Assembly: GCA_902528875.1 (NCBI GenBank)
Contig: CABZTX010000004.1
Span: 5,070-69,069, forward strand
Reading direction: 5' to 3'
Origin: an uncultured SAR86 cluster bacterium
GTDB taxonomy: Bacteria; Pseudomonadota; Gammaproteobacteria; Magnimaribacterales; D2472
DNA: 64,000 nt
Positions 52,899 to 64,000 of this stretch are shown here, one piece after another; the stretch's first letter is position 1, and each line of letters begins with the position of its first letter. A model generated the notes under the pieces. The model saw nothing but the letters and a program-made list of their open reading frames with translations, was not told where the DNA came from and searched no databases. A program made the position numbers and the translations under genes.

Positions 52899-53285
52899 AT
52901 GCAAGAAAGACCGGTATATCTTGATCTAACAAAAATTAGACTACCATTAACTGCTTTAATGTCGATTACCCATCGATTATCAGGTATGTATATTTTTTTC
53001 GTTACACTTCCTATCAGTCTTGTCTTAATCAATAAATCCGTCTCATCTAAATCAAGTTTTGAAAATCTTTTAACAGCAATGTCATCAATTTCATTTTTTT
53101 CTCTTACAGTTTTTATAAGTTTTTTAATTCTTTGGTATCATGTTTTGACAGGTGTAAGGCATTTAATAATGGATTTTTTTCATTTTGGTGAGTCACTAAA
53201 TGGATCTTACTATTCTGCAGTTTTTACAATAGCTATTTGGTTTTGTTCTTTAGTAATATTTTTTGGATATATGTTTGTCTTATGA
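52899..53285 (+). CDS. sdhC: succinate dehydrogenase cytochrome b subunit
   Basis: RPVYLDL, SITHRLSG, YH..GVRHLIMD. Confidence 0.95.
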   Translation: MQERPVYLDLTKIRLPLTALMSITHRLSGMYIFFVTLPISLVLINKSVSSKSSFENLLTAMSSISFFSLTVFISFLILWYHVLTGVRHLIMDFFHFGESLNGSYYSAVFTIAIWFCSLVIFFGYMFVL

Positions 53286-53641
53286 AAGGATCAATTATAT
53301 GGAACCTACAAAGATATAGCTCATTAATTATATTATGTTATTTAATATATGTTGCGTATTTTATCTTATTTACTGAAGATATTAATTTTTTCTCTTGGTC
53401 GAATTTCTTTTTATCATTTCAAGCAAGATTTATAACATCAATTGTTTTTTTAATGATAATTACTCATGCATTTATAGGCCTATGGACCGTTGGAACAGAT
53501 TATCTTACAAAGAGAACTTTAGGTTTTTTGAGTAAATCAATTGCAAAAAGGGCTAGTATTTTAAGGAATTTGTATTTTTTAATATTTGGTCTTACAGGAA
53601 TCCTTTATTTAATCAGTATTTTATATATAATATGGTTATAA
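53282..53641 (+). CDS. sdhD: succinate dehydrogenase membrane anchor
   Basis: W.LQRYS, HAFIGLWTVGTDY. Confidence 0.92.
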   Translation: MKGSIIWNLQRYSSLIILCYLIYVAYFILFTEDINFFSWSNFFLSFQARFITSIVFLMIITHAFIGLWTVGTDYLTKRTLGFLSKSIAKRASILRNLYFLIFGLTGILYLISILYIIWL

Positions 53642-53669
53642 CAATTAATGATATATAATTATAAATATT

Positions 53670-55454
53670 ATGAATAATATTTTTACTAGAAATATTAAGA
53701 CTATTAGGTTTGATGCTCTAATAGTTGGTGGCGGTGGTTCAGGCATGCGAGCATCTTTAGAGCTTGCTAAGTCTGGACTAAAAACTGCTGTTGTTTCAAA
53801 AGTTTTTCCAACAAGATCTCATACTGTATCCGCTCAAGGGGGTATTACATGCGCAATCGCAAGTGCAGATCCAAATGATGATTGGAGATGGCACATGTAT
53901 GATACTGTCAAAGGCGCTGATTTTATTGGTGATCAAGATGCAATTGAGTACTTATGTTCTGAGGGCCCTCAAGCTGTATTTGAGCTTGAACACATGGGGC
54001 TACCTTTTTCAAGATTTGATAATGGACGTATCTATCAAAGACCATTTGGAGGACAATCAAAGGACTTTGGAAAGGGCGGCCAAGCTGCAAGAACATGTGC
54101 TGCAGCTGATAGAACAGGCCACGCCCTTCTCCATACTCTATATCAAAATAATGTTAAAGAGGGTACCAATTTTCTAAATGAATGGTTCGCTGTAGATTTA
54201 GTTAAAAATTCGAAAGATGAAGTTACTGGAGTCATAGCATTTTCAATTGAAAATGGTGAAGTGGCATACCTTAAAGCTCAATCTACGGTTCTTGCAACAG
54301 GTGGAGCTGGTCGCATATACGCATCCACAACTAATGCACTTATAAATACGGGCGATGGTCTGGGAATGGCGCTAAGAGCAGGATATCCTGCACAAGATAT
54401 GGAAATGTGGCAATTTCATCCAACAGGAATATATGGAGCAGGCTCACTTGTAACTGAAGGATGCAGAGGTGAAGGAGGTTATTTGGTAAACAAGGATGGC
54501 GAGAGATTCATGGAAAGATATGCTCCAAATGTTAAGGATTTAGCTGGTAGGGATGTTGTAGCAAGATCTATGGTTTTAGAGATTCTAGAAGGAAGAGGTT
54601 GTGGAGATAAAAACGACCATATTTATCTAAAATTAGATCACTTGGGAGCGGATGTCTTAAATTCAAAATTACCTGGAATTTGTGAACTATCTAGAACCTT
54701 TGCACATGTTGATCCAATTTATGAACCTATACCAGTTGTACCGACCTGTCATTACATGATGGGTGGAACACCAACAAATATTAATGGCCAAGCTTATAAA
54801 AGGATTAATAATGGAGACAAGTTAATATCTGGTCTATACTCTGCGGGTGAGGCAGCATGTGTTTCAGTTCATGGTGCAAATAGACTTGGCGGAAATTCTT
54901 TACTTGATTTGGTTGTTTTTGGAAGAGCAACCGGTAAATTTATACAACAAGAAATTAAATCAGGTGGAGGAGTAACTCCTTCAACTTCTAGCGATATTGA
55001 TAATGCTCTCGAAAGGCTTAATAAATTAAATGAGTCATCCTCTGGGTTTGATACAGCAGAAGTTAAAAAAGAACTTCAAGAATGTATGCAGAATTATTTT
55101 GGCGTATTTAGAAGAGGTGAGTTTATGAAGAAAGGCTTAGATGATCTTGCTGAAATTAAGCATAAAGTTGATAACCTCCATTTAAAAGACAAAAGTGATG
55201 CATTCAACACAAGTCGTGTAGAGGCTATTGAATTACAGAACCTTTTTGAGGTAGCTGAGGCAACAGCAATTTCAGCTTTTGAAAGGAACGAAAGCAGAGG
55301 CGCTCATGCAAGAGATGATTTCCCGGACAGAGACGATGAAAATTGGCTGTGTCATAGTTTATTTGATCCTGAAACAAAAAAAGTTTCAAAAAGAGAAGTT
55401 AACTTTCAACCGACACAAATGGAAGCATTTCCTCCTAAAATAAGGACTTATTAA
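53670..55454 (+). CDS. sdhA: succinate dehydrogenase flavoprotein
   Basis: [49 protein letters not shown]. Confidence 0.98.
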   Translation: MNNIFTRNIKTIRFDALIVGGGGSGMRASLELAKSGLKTAVVSKVFPTRSHTVSAQGGITCAIASADPNDDWRWHMYDTVKGADFIGDQDAIEYLCSEGPQAVFELEHMGLPFSRFDNGRIYQRPFGGQSKDFGKGGQAARTCAAADRTGHALLHTLYQNNVKEGTNFLNEWFAVDLVKNSKDEVTGVIAFSIENGEVAYLKAQSTVLATGGAGRIYASTTNALINTGDGLGMALRAGYPAQDMEMWQFHPTGIYGAGSLVTEGCRGEGGYLVNKDGERFMERYAPNVKDLAGRDVVARSMVLEILEGRGCGDKNDHIYLKLDHLGADVLNSKLPGICELSRTFAHVDPIYEPIPVVPTCHYMMGGTPTNINGQAYKRINNGDKLISGLYSAGEAACVSVHGANRLGGNSLLDLVVFGRATGKFIQQEIKSGGGVTPSTSSDIDNALERLNKLNESSSGFDTAEVKKELQECMQNYFGVFRRGEFMKKGLDDLAEIKHKVDNLHLKDKSDAFNTSRVEAIELQNLFEVAEATAISAFERNESRGAHARDDFPDRDDENWLCHSLFDPETKKVSKREVNFQPTQMEAFPPKIRTY

Positions 55455-56194
55455 TGTTTGATAATAAACTACATATCAGCATGTATAGATATAATCCTGA
55501 GGAGGATAAGTTTCCCTATATGAAAGAGTATAAAATTGATAAGCCAAAAAAAGACATAATGGTTTTAGATTTACTGAATTTACTCAAAGAAGAAGATCAA
55601 TCAATATCATACAGACGATCATGCAGAGAAGGAGTATGTGGTTCTGATGGCATGAATATAAATGGTAAAAATGGATTAGCATGTATTACACCTATATCGA
55701 CAGTGATTAAAAGAAATAAACTAGAATTAAGACCTCTACCTGGACTCCCTGTAATAAGAGATCTAGTTGTAGACATGACAGAATTTTATGCACAATATGA
55801 AAAAATAAAACCTTTCTTACAAAATGAAACAACTGCACCAGAGCAAGAAAGACTTCAATCACCTGAAGAAAGGGAAAAACTTGATGGATTATATGAATGT
55901 ATTTTGTGCGCATGCTGTTCTACAAGTTGTCCATCATTTTGGTGGAATCCAGATAAGTTTGTTGGTCCAGCTGCTCTTCTTCAAGCCTATAGGTTTTTAG
56001 CAGATTCTCGTGATTTAAAAACTAACGAAAGATTAGAAGATCTCTCAGATCCCTTTAGTGTTTACAGGTGTCATGGAATAATGAATTGCGTTAATGTCTG
56101 CCCAAAAGGTTTAAATCCAAATAAGGCTATTGGTGAAATAAAATCGATGTTACATAAAAATAAAAAGGATATAATTGCTACTGATGGAGTATAA
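55454..56194 (+). CDS. sdhB: succinate dehydrogenase Fe-S subunit
   Basis: [37 protein letters not shown]. Confidence 0.98.
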   Translation: MFDNKLHISMYRYNPEEDKFPYMKEYKIDKPKKDIMVLDLLNLLKEEDQSISYRRSCREGVCGSDGMNINGKNGLACITPISTVIKRNKLELRPLPGLPVIRDLVVDMTEFYAQYEKIKPFLQNETTAPEQERLQSPEEREKLDGLYECILCACCSTSCPSFWWNPDKFVGPAALLQAYRFLADSRDLKTNERLEDLSDPFSVYRCHGIMNCVNVCPKGLNPNKAIGEIKSMLHKNKKDIIATDGV

Positions 56195-56210
56195 AATATA
56201 GTATAAAAAA

Positions 56211-59021
56211 ATGAATTCATCGATGAAAGAGCTATGGGGTAGCTCGCATATATCATCTGGGCACGCAGCATATCTTGAAAGCCTTTACGAAGTATTTCTC
56301 AATAATCCTACAGAATTAACTGAAGATTGGAGAGAGTTTTTTTCTAACCTTTCTGAAGGAGATTTATCAAAAGACATTTCTCACAAAGAAATTATTGATC
56401 GATTTAAAAACTTACCACGTGTTACTCAATCTTTATCAAAGAATTCATTTTCTATTGATGAAAGACAAGGAAAAGTAATAAGATTAATTCAAGCCTACAG
56501 AAATAGAGGGCATCAAAAAGCTAAATTAGATCCACTTGGAATGATGGAAAGAAATATTGTTGAGGATCTAAATTTAGAATTTCATGGTCTCTCAACAACA
56601 GACCTCGACGAAGAGTTTTATACAGATACGCTTGCTACTAAAAAAGAAAAACTAACTTTAAGAGAAATAGTTCAGCATTTAGAGGATATTTATTGTGGAT
56701 ATATCGGCATAGAATGCAATCATATTATTGAATCTTCGGAAAGAAGATGGTTTCAAAGAAAATTTGAGACTAAGTTACAAGATTACAAAATTGATAATGA
56801 ACAAAAAACTCATATTTTTGAACGTCTTTGCTCTGCTGAGGGTCTAGCAAAATATTTGTCTGCTAAATATCCTGGTATGAAAAGATTTGGAATTGATGGT
56901 GCAGAAGCAATGGTACCTTTGATTGATAGCGTTATCCAATATTGTGGTGAAATGGGTGCCAATCAGATATGTTTTGGAATGGCTCATCGGGGAAGACTTA
57001 ACTTGCTCGTTAATGTTTTAGGTAAACTTCCATCTGAGCTATTTACATCTTTTGATGAAGATTTTGAACTTGAGGGAGCTAGCACAGGAGATGTTAAATA
57101 CCATTTAGGTTTCTCGTCTAACTTTAAAACTCCTGGAGGAGAAGTTCATGTTTCTTTAGCTAACAACCCTTCACATTTAGAGATAGTTGATCCAGTTGTA
57201 ATTGGATCCGTAAGGGCTAGGCAGGATAGATTAAATGATAATGAAAGGACTAAAGTTATTCCAGTGTTAGTTCATGGTGATGCATCTTTCTCTGGACAAG
57301 GTGTTGTAATGGAGTCACTGCAGATGTCGCAAACAAGAGGTTTTGGTGTCGGTGGAACTATTCATATAATTGTAAATAATCAGATTGGTTTTACAACAAG
57401 CAATAAACTCGATGCTAGATCGACAGACTATTCAACTGATGTAGCTAAAATGATTCAAGCTCCAATAATACATGTAAATGGAGACGACCCTGAAATGGTT
57501 GTCAATGCTACAAGGATAGCTTGTAAGTATAGAAATAAATTTAAAAAAGATATTGTTATTGATTTATTTTGCTATAGAAGAAGAGGTCATAATGAAGCCG
57601 ATGATCCTTCAGCAACGCAACCTTTGATGTATGAAAAAATTAAAGGTCATGAATCTGTGCTAAAACAGTATGAAGAAAAACTTGTTTCAAATAATGTTAT
57701 ATCTTCAGATCAAGCTAAAAAAATTAAATCTGAATACAGAAAATCTCTTGAATCAGGCAAAAGTGTTGCAAAGAATCTTGCTTCAAAATCAAGCAATGAT
57801 TTATGGTTTGATTGGGATCCATATATGAACATTAAATGGTGGCCAAAAGTTAGTACAAAATTCAATAGAAAAATATTCAATAAATTAGGTAAACAAATTT
57901 GTCATGTTCCAGACTCTTTTAGTTTGGGCACCCAAGCAAAAAAGATATTTGCGGATAGACTTAAAATGAATAAAGGAGAGCTAAAAATCAATTGGGGTTT
58001 TGCAGAAACAATGGCCTATGCAACTCTTCTTCAAGAAAAATATCCAATAAGAATAAGTGGTCAAGATGTGAGAAGAGGGACCTTTTCACACAGACATGCA
58101 TGTGTTTTTGATTCGAAAAACGGTCTAGGATTTATCCCTTTGTCAGATATTGCAAACGAATATAACTCAAGATTTGACATATATGACTCGCTTTTGTCTG
58201 AAGAGGCTGTTTTAGGTTTTGAATATGGATATTCAGCAACTTGGCCAGAAGGCTTAACAATTTGGGAAGCCCAATTTGGTGATTTTGCGAATGGTGCGCA
58301 AGTTGTAATTGATCAATTCATTGTCTCTGCTCAACACAAATGGGATAGACTTTCTGGTTTGGTTATGTTGCTTCCTCATGGATATGAAGGTCAAGGACCT
58401 GAGCATAGTAGTGCAAGAATTGAAAGATTTTTACAATTATGTGCATCAGAGAATATTCAGGTTTGTGTTCCAAGTACACCCTCTCAAATTTTTCACCTTT
58501 TAAGAAGACAAGCAATAAGAAAAATGCGAACACCATTAGTTGTCATTTCACCAAAAAGCCTATTAAGAAATCCTGATGCAGTTTCATCTATTGACCAATT
58601 AACTGATGGAGAATTCTCATGTGTTATTGATGATAATATTGCTAAAAAAAATCAAGTAAAAAAAGTGATAATGTGTTCAGGTAAAGTTTTTTACGATTTA
58701 GTTAATAGACGAGATGAAAAGGATGTAAAAGATACTGCTATTATTAGAATTGAGCAGTTATATCCATTTCCATATGATGATCTTGAAGAAGTGTTATTAA
58801 AGTATCAAAATGCTCAAGAATATATTTGGTGTCAAGAAGAGCCTTTAAATCAAGGAGCATGGTTTAGCCACAGACATAGAATTCAAAGAGTTTTAGACAG
58901 ACTTAGTAATGGACTTGATGTAAAATTAGTCAGCAGACCGGCAGCCGCGGCCCCTGCAGTTGGTTTAATGAAATTACATCTCCAACAACAAGAAGAACTA
59001 ATTAATACTGCATTTAAATAA
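56211..59021 (+). CDS. sucA: 2-oxoglutarate dehydrogenase E1
   Basis: GMAHRGRLN, GDVKYHLG, HGDASFSGQG, WEAQFGDF, HGYEGQGPEHSSAR. Confidence 0.98.
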   Translation: MNSSMKELWGSSHISSGHAAYLESLYEVFLNNPTELTEDWREFFSNLSEGDLSKDISHKEIIDRFKNLPRVTQSLSKNSFSIDERQGKVIRLIQAYRNRGHQKAKLDPLGMMERNIVEDLNLEFHGLSTTDLDEEFYTDTLATKKEKLTLREIVQHLEDIYCGYIGIECNHIIESSERRWFQRKFETKLQDYKIDNEQKTHIFERLCSAEGLAKYLSAKYPGMKRFGIDGAEAMVPLIDSVIQYCGEMGANQICFGMAHRGRLNLLVNVLGKLPSELFTSFDEDFELEGASTGDVKYHLGFSSNFKTPGGEVHVSLANNPSHLEIVDPVVIGSVRARQDRLNDNERTKVIPVLVHGDASFSGQGVVMESLQMSQTRGFGVGGTIHIIVNNQIGFTTSNKLDARSTDYSTDVAKMIQAPIIHVNGDDPEMVVNATRIACKYRNKFKKDIVIDLFCYRRRGHNEADDPSATQPLMYEKIKGHESVLKQYEEKLVSNNVISSDQAKKIKSEYRKSLESGKSVAKNLASKSSNDLWFDWDPYMNIKWWPKVSTKFNRKIFNKLGKQICHVPDSFSLGTQAKKIFADRLKMNKGELKINWGFAETMAYATLLQEKYPIRISGQDVRRGTFSHRHACVFDSKNGLGFIPLSDIANEYNSRFDIYDSLLSEEAVLGFEYGYSATWPEGLTIWEAQFGDFANGAQVVIDQFIVSAQHKWDRLSGLVMLLPHGYEGQGPEHSSARIERFLQLCASENIQVCVPSTPSQIFHLLRRQAIRKMRTPLVVISPKSLLRNPDAVSSIDQLTDGEFSCVIDDNIAKKNQVKKVIMCSGKVFYDLVNRRDEKDVKDTAIIRIEQLYPFPYDDLEEVLLKYQNAQEYIWCQEEPLNQGAWFSHRHRIQRVLDRLSNGLDVKLVSRPAAAAPAVGLMKLHLQQQEELINTAFK

Positions 59022-60227
59022 ATGAGCATAGATATAAAATCACCAACTTTTCCAGAATCTGTTGCAGATGGAACAATTGCAAACTGGCTAAAAGCTGAAG
59101 GAGAGACTGTTTCACAAGATGAAGTAATAGCAGAGATTGAGACTGATAAAGTTGTTTTAGAAGTTTTAGCGCAATCTGATGGAACTATTTCAAAGATAAT
59201 TAAATCTGAAGGCGAAACAGTCAGTAGTTCAGAAAAAATTGGTGAATATGAAGAACAAATTGAATCATCCTCTGAGACATCTGACAGTAAAATACATCAC
59301 GATCAAGAAAAAAAAGAGTCCATAAAAAAACATGAAACAAACATAGTTGCAAAAAAGAAGAATGGACCTGCAGTAGAAAAAATTCTAGCTGAAAAAAACA
59401 TTGATGCTAAGGTCGTGAAACCTTCCGGGAAGGATGATCGTCTTACAAAGGCCGATCTTATTGATCATATTGAACAAGAACAGAAGGCTGATAATTCTTC
59501 AGTTGAAAAGCTTTCCTCATCTGATTCAAGAGAAGAAGAGAGAGTCCCTATGTCTAGATTGCGAACTACTATTGCAAAAAGATTGGTATCAGTAAAACAA
59601 GAGACAGCAATGTTAACAACTTTTAACGAAGTTGATATGTTGCCCATTAAGGAACTCAGATCGAAATATGGTGCTGAATTTGAACATGAGCACAATGTAA
59701 AGCTTGGCTTTATGGGCTTTTTTGTAATAGCCGCAGTTCAAGCTCTTAAAAAATTTCCTCTTGTGAATGCATCTATTGATGGAAATGATATTGTTTATCA
59801 TGGCTTTCAAGATATTGGAGTAGCCGTTTCAACAGAAAGAGGTTTAGTAGTCCCAGTAATCAAAGATGCTGATAATAAATCAATTTCAGAAATTGAAAAG
59901 TCAATATTAAATTTTTCTCAGAAAGCAAAAACAGGTAAATTATCAATTGAAGAGATGCAAGGTGGGACATTTACCATATCAAATGGTGGTGTATTTGGCT
60001 CGCTACTTTCTACTCCTATCTTAAATGCTCCTCAGACTGCCATATTAGGCATGCATTCAATTCAAGAAAGACCTGTAGCAATTAATGGTGAAGTAATGGT
60101 AAGACCTATGATGTATTTGGCTCTTAGTTATGATCACAGGTTACTTGACGGAAAAGAGGCTGTGTCTTTCCTTGTTTCGATCAAAGAGCAATTAGAGTCA
60201 CCTGAAAGACTTTTACTTAATTTATAA
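59022..60227 (+). CDS. sucB: dihydrolipoamide succinyltransferase E2
   Basis: Lipoyl motif [34 protein letters not shown]. Confidence 0.97.
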   Translation: MSIDIKSPTFPESVADGTIANWLKAEGETVSQDEVIAEIETDKVVLEVLAQSDGTISKIIKSEGETVSSSEKIGEYEEQIESSSETSDSKIHHDQEKKESIKKHETNIVAKKKNGPAVEKILAEKNIDAKVVKPSGKDDRLTKADLIDHIEQEQKADNSSVEKLSSSDSREEERVPMSRLRTTIAKRLVSVKQETAMLTTFNEVDMLPIKELRSKYGAEFEHEHNVKLGFMGFFVIAAVQALKKFPLVNASIDGNDIVYHGFQDIGVAVSTERGLVVPVIKDADNKSISEIEKSILNFSQKAKTGKLSIEEMQGGTFTISNGGVFGSLLSTPILNAPQTAILGMHSIQERPVAINGEVMVRPMMYLALSYDHRLLDGKEAVSFLVSIKEQLESPERLLLNL

Positions 60228-60241
60228 TTAAAAGGATATTT

Positions 60242-61657
60242 ATGTTCGATGTAGTTGTTATTGGAAGTGGTCCTGCTGGTTATGTTGCAGCAATTAGAGC
60301 AAGTCAACTTGGCCTTAAGACTTTATGTATTGAAGAGTCCATTCAAAAAAATGGTGATGTTTCTCTTGGAGGCACATGCTTGAATATAGGGTGCATTCCA
60401 TCAAAATCTCTTTTAGATTCATCTCATAGATATTACGAAGCAATAAAGAACCTACCAAATCATGGAATCAATGTTCAGGATATTAGTCTTGATTTGGAAA
60501 CTATGATGAAAAGAAAAGATAATATAGTAAAAAAACTTACTGGAGGTATATCTTCTTTATTTGCACAAAATAAAGTCGAACACATAGTTGGTAGAGGAAA
60601 AATTATTTCTCATAACAAAGTTGAAGTTACTAAACCTGACAAATCTATAGAAAACATTGAAACAAAAAATATAATTATTGCTACTGGATCAAGTCCAATT
60701 GAGATACCGTCTGCAAAGTTTGGTAAAAATATAGTTGATAGCACTGGCGCACTATCATTCAAAGAAGTTCCAAAATCATTAGGAATTATTGGTGCTGGTA
60801 TTATTGGCCTTGAGCTTGGAAGTGTTTGGTCAAGACTTGGCTCCAAAGTAACAATTATTGAAGCACTCGATGATTTCTTACCTATGACTGATAAAGATAT
60901 AGCTAAAGAATCATTTAAAGAGTTTAAAAAGCAGGGTTTGGACATAAAACTTGGGTCAAAACTAATATCTGCTAAAGATCTAAAGGAGTCTGTAAAAATT
61001 ATTTATAACAATGAAAAAGATCTTGATATGGAGTTTGACAAATTAATTGTTGCCGTAGGGAGAGCTCCTAATACTAAGAATATATTTAAAGATGATATTG
61101 GAATAAGCATGTCAAATAGCTTCATTCAAGTAAATGAATTTTGCCAAACAAATATTCCTAATATATGGGCAATTGGAGATGTGGTGAGGGGACCAATGTT
61201 GGCTCATAAAGGAAGTGAAGAGGGAATTATGGTAGCTGAAAGAATTGCTAATAATTATGCGAAGGTAAACTATTCGCTTGTTCCCTCTGTAATATATTCT
61301 CATCCCGAAGTTGCTTGGGTAGGCTTAAATGAAAGTGAGCTTGAGGAAAAAGGTATTCAGTTTAAAATTGGAAAATTTCCATTTGCTGCAAGCGGAAGAG
61401 CTCTTGCAATAGACCAGTCAGTTGGTTTTGTAAAAATCTTATCAGACGCCAGATCTGATACTATTTTAGGTGTTCATGTTTTTGGACCATGTGCTGGTGA
61501 AATTGTTCAGCAAGCTTTAATTTCCATGGAATTTGGAGCGAGCTCGGAGGATCTTGGGATGACAATGTTTAGCCATCCAACAGTATCAGAAGCTTTGCAC
61601 GAAGCAGCATTATCAGTTAACAACGAAGCAATCCATATTGGAAATAGAGCAAAATGA
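60242..61657 (+). CDS. lpdA: dihydrolipoamide dehydrogenase
   Basis: [34 protein letters not shown]. Confidence 0.97.
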   Translation: MFDVVVIGSGPAGYVAAIRASQLGLKTLCIEESIQKNGDVSLGGTCLNIGCIPSKSLLDSSHRYYEAIKNLPNHGINVQDISLDLETMMKRKDNIVKKLTGGISSLFAQNKVEHIVGRGKIISHNKVEVTKPDKSIENIETKNIIIATGSSPIEIPSAKFGKNIVDSTGALSFKEVPKSLGIIGAGIIGLELGSVWSRLGSKVTIIEALDDFLPMTDKDIAKESFKEFKKQGLDIKLGSKLISAKDLKESVKIIYNNEKDLDMEFDKLIVAVGRAPNTKNIFKDDIGISMSNSFIQVNEFCQTNIPNIWAIGDVVRGPMLAHKGSEEGIMVAERIANNYAKVNYSLVPSVIYSHPEVAWVGLNESELEEKGIQFKIGKFPFAASGRALAIDQSVGFVKILSDARSDTILGVHVFGPCAGEIVQQALISMEFGASSEDLGMTMFSHPTVSEALHEAALSVNNEAIHIGNRAK

Positions 61658-62814
61658 ATTTGCATGAATATCAAGGTAAACAATTATTCGCTGAATACAA
61701 TATTCCTATATCGAAAGGTAAAGTTATTTTCAGTCCTGATGAGGTTATTGATGCTTGTAATGAAATTGGTGGAACAAAGTGGGTTGTTAAGACTCAGGTA
61801 CATGCAGGAGGAAGAGGTAAGTCTGGTGGGGTTGAATTAGTTGATTCGCCTGAAAAGGCACTTGAATTCTCAAAAAAATGGATTGCAAAGAGACTTGTCA
61901 CATACCAAACAGATAGCAAAGGACAATTGGTCAATTCAATTCTCATTGAAGAGTGTACAGAAATTAAATCTGAATTATATCTTAGCGCTGTCGTTGACAG
62001 AGAATCACAAAAGATAGTCTTTATTGGTTCAAGTGAAGGAGGAGTCAATATTGAAGATGTTGCAAAAAATTATCCAGATAAAATTATCTATCAAGCTGTT
62101 GAATTTAAGGATAAAAATTTAGCAGATCAGTCTATTGATATAGCTAATGTCTTAAAGTTGAATGACGATCAAACAAAACAATTTATTCCAATGATTGAAA
62201 ATCTTTTGAGGCTTTTTGTTGAAAATGATTTAAGTTTGTTAGAAATAAATCCTCTTGTTATAGATGATAATGGGGATCTTCTATGTCTTGATGCCAAAAT
62301 TAATATTGATTCAAATGCATTGTTTAGACAACCAAAAATTAATGATATGTATGATGAGACACAAGAGGATCCACAAGAAGCTGAGGCTGCTTATAATGAT
62401 TTAAGTTACGTATCACTTGATGGAAACATTGGATGTATGGTTAATGGAGCTGGTTTAGCAATGGGAACAATGGACACAATAAAATACTTTGGTGGAAATC
62501 CTGCAAATTTTCTTGATGTTGGAGGAACTGCAACTCAAGAAAGAGTAACTAAAGCATTTAAAATTATTTTAAGAGATCCTGAAGTTAAAGTTGTTTTAGT
62601 CAATATATTTGGTGGAATCGTTAGATGTGATTTAATTGCAGAGGGTGTTATTGCGGCCATTAAGGATGTTGATATAAAAATTCCTGTTGTCGTTAGATTA
62701 GAAGGCAATAATGCCGAACTAGGAGCAGAAATTTTACTTAATTCAAATATTAGAATTATAAGTATTAATGATTTGGCTGAAGCTGCAAAAAAATCAGTGG
62801 AATTAGCAAAATGA
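61654..62814 (+). CDS. sucC: succinyl-CoA synthetase beta subunit
   Basis: [40 protein letters not shown]. Confidence 0.98.
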   Translation: MNLHEYQGKQLFAEYNIPISKGKVIFSPDEVIDACNEIGGTKWVVKTQVHAGGRGKSGGVELVDSPEKALEFSKKWIAKRLVTYQTDSKGQLVNSILIEECTEIKSELYLSAVVDRESQKIVFIGSSEGGVNIEDVAKNYPDKIIYQAVEFKDKNLADQSIDIANVLKLNDDQTKQFIPMIENLLRLFVENDLSLLEINPLVIDDNGDLLCLDAKINIDSNALFRQPKINDMYDETQEDPQEAEAAYNDLSYVSLDGNIGCMVNGAGLAMGTMDTIKYFGGNPANFLDVGGTATQERVTKAFKIILRDPEVKVVLVNIFGGIVRCDLIAEGVIAAIKDVDIKIPVVVRLEGNNAELGAEILLNSNIRIISINDLAEAAKKSVELAK

Positions 62815-63677
62815 GTATTTTAGTTAACAAAGACACAAGGTTACTTGTTCAAGGCTTCACTGGATCTCAAGGAACCCTTCATTCAGAGCAATCCATTTCA
62901 TACGGAACGAATATAGTTGGTGGAGTAACTCCTGGTAAAGGTGGAAATACGCACCTTGATAGACCGGTTTTTAATACTGTAGAGGAGGCTGTAAAAGAAG
63001 TGGAACCAAATGCATCTTTAATTTTTGTACCAGCTAAGTTCTGCAAAAACTCAATAATTGAAGCTGCTGAAGCAAACATTAAGTTAATTGTTTGTATTAC
63101 AGAAGGAATACCAACATTAGATATGTTAGAAGTAAAAAAAACAGTTGATAAATTGGGAGTCAGACTGATTGGACCAAACTGTCCAGGAGTAATAACTCCA
63201 GGTGAAGCAAAGCTAGGAATAATGCCTGGAGACATTCATCTCGCAGGATCAATAGGAATAATCTCCAGATCTGGTACATTGACATATGAAGCTGTCAAAC
63301 AAACCACTGATATTGGTTTAGGTCAAAGTAGTTGTGTTGGTATTGGTGGCGACCCAATTCCAGGATCCTCATTTGTAGATATTTTAAAACTTTTTGAAGA
63401 TGATAAGAAAACAGAAGCAATTGTAATGGTTGGAGAAATTGGAGGTAATGCAGAGGAAACCGCGGCGGAATATATAAGAGATAATATATCAAAACCTGTG
63501 GTTTCTTATATTGCAGGACAAACCGCTCCTGTAGGAAAAAGAATGGGACATGCTGGGGCAATCATTGCTGGTGGAAAGGGAACTGCAAAAGATAAAATTG
63601 AAAAATTAAAAAAATGCGGCGTTCATATTGCTGATAACCTTGTGTCTATTGGAGAAAAGGTTTCAGAGGTTCTATAG
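62811..63677 (+). CDS. sucD: succinyl-CoA synthetase alpha subunit
   Basis: [32 protein letters not shown]. Confidence 0.98.
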   Translation: MSILVNKDTRLLVQGFTGSQGTLHSEQSISYGTNIVGGVTPGKGGNTHLDRPVFNTVEEAVKEVEPNASLIFVPAKFCKNSIIEAAEANIKLIVCITEGIPTLDMLEVKKTVDKLGVRLIGPNCPGVITPGEAKLGIMPGDIHLAGSIGIISRSGTLTYEAVKQTTDIGLGQSSCVGIGGDPIPGSSFVDILKLFEDDKKTEAIVMVGEIGGNAEETAAEYIRDNISKPVVSYIAGQTAPVGKRMGHAGAIIAGGKGTAKDKIEKLKKCGVHIADNLVSIGEKVSEVL

Positions 63678-63999
63678 ATTTATTTTTTTCTATATTAATT
63701 TTTATTATTTTTTTTAGTCTTGATATCGCAAGCACTGAGCAAAGAGATAAACCAATTATCATTCCGTACCACATCCCCTTTGCTCCAAGTGGATCTGAAA
63801 AACCATAATTTGTTAAAAAATATCCAATTGGCATTGCAAAGAACCAATATGAAATAACTAAAAGAATCATTGGAACAAAAGTATCCTTATAACCTCTCAA
63901 ACTTCCTAATGCACCCATTTGTATTCCATCAGGTAATTGAAAAATTGCAGCAAAAATAATCAAGCTAATCGCCAGCTCTTTAACAGGAATTTCAGTTGT
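63646..63999 (-). CDS. MATE family efflux transporter (C-terminal part, runs off window)
   Basis: FQLPDGIQ...[11 protein letters not shown]...SYW...P.GY...G.WYG; reading frame open to the window end. Confidence 0.9.
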   Translation of the reverse strand, partial: TTEIPVKELAISLIIFAAIFQLPDGIQMGALGSLRGYKDTFVPMILLVISYWFFAMPIGYFLTNYGFSDPLGAKGMWYGMIIGLSLCSVLAISRLKKIIKINIEKNKSIEPLKPFLQ

Positions 64000-64000
64000 A

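Overview
AT-rich (roughly 30% GC by eye), very compact core-genome segment of a streamlined gammaproteobacterium. Gene order closely follows Pseudomonas-type synteny; a marine SAR86-like lineage is my inference, not something proven by the sequence. Contents in order: end of the dcw cluster (mraY-murD-ftsW-murG-murC-ddl-ftsQ-ftsA, no ftsZ), rpsF-rpsR-rplI-dnaB-alr, pyrG-kdsA-eno-ftsB-ispDF-surE-pcm-DUF368, a ferredoxin, LexA-boxed recA, a thiolase, an Anbu/ATP-grasp/alpha-E module, proS, aspS-yebC-(nuclease)-ybgC-tol-pal-cpoB, tRNA-Lys, an NTT-like transporter, bepA, perM, iaaA, bcp, dapA-bamC-purC, an isc operon, ndk-rlmN-rodZ-ispG-hisS-yfgM-bamB-der, sdhCDAB-sucAB-lpd-sucCD and the 3' end of a MATE gene. 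I saw no mobile elements or CRISPR arrays. Three observations stand out. (1) A glnA-class glutamine riboswitch (22430-22478) leads a circularly permuted ATP-grasp + alpha-E operon that is divergent from the proteasome-like Anbu peptidase and has no transglutaminase, suggesting a glutamine-controlled peptide-ligation/removal system. (2) A single Hjc/phage-type PD-(D/E)xK nuclease occupies exactly the ruvC-ruvA-ruvB slot. (3) A 7Fe ferredoxin is fused to an ExbD/TolR-like domain. All calls come from motif recognition and synteny by eye; no database searches were run.
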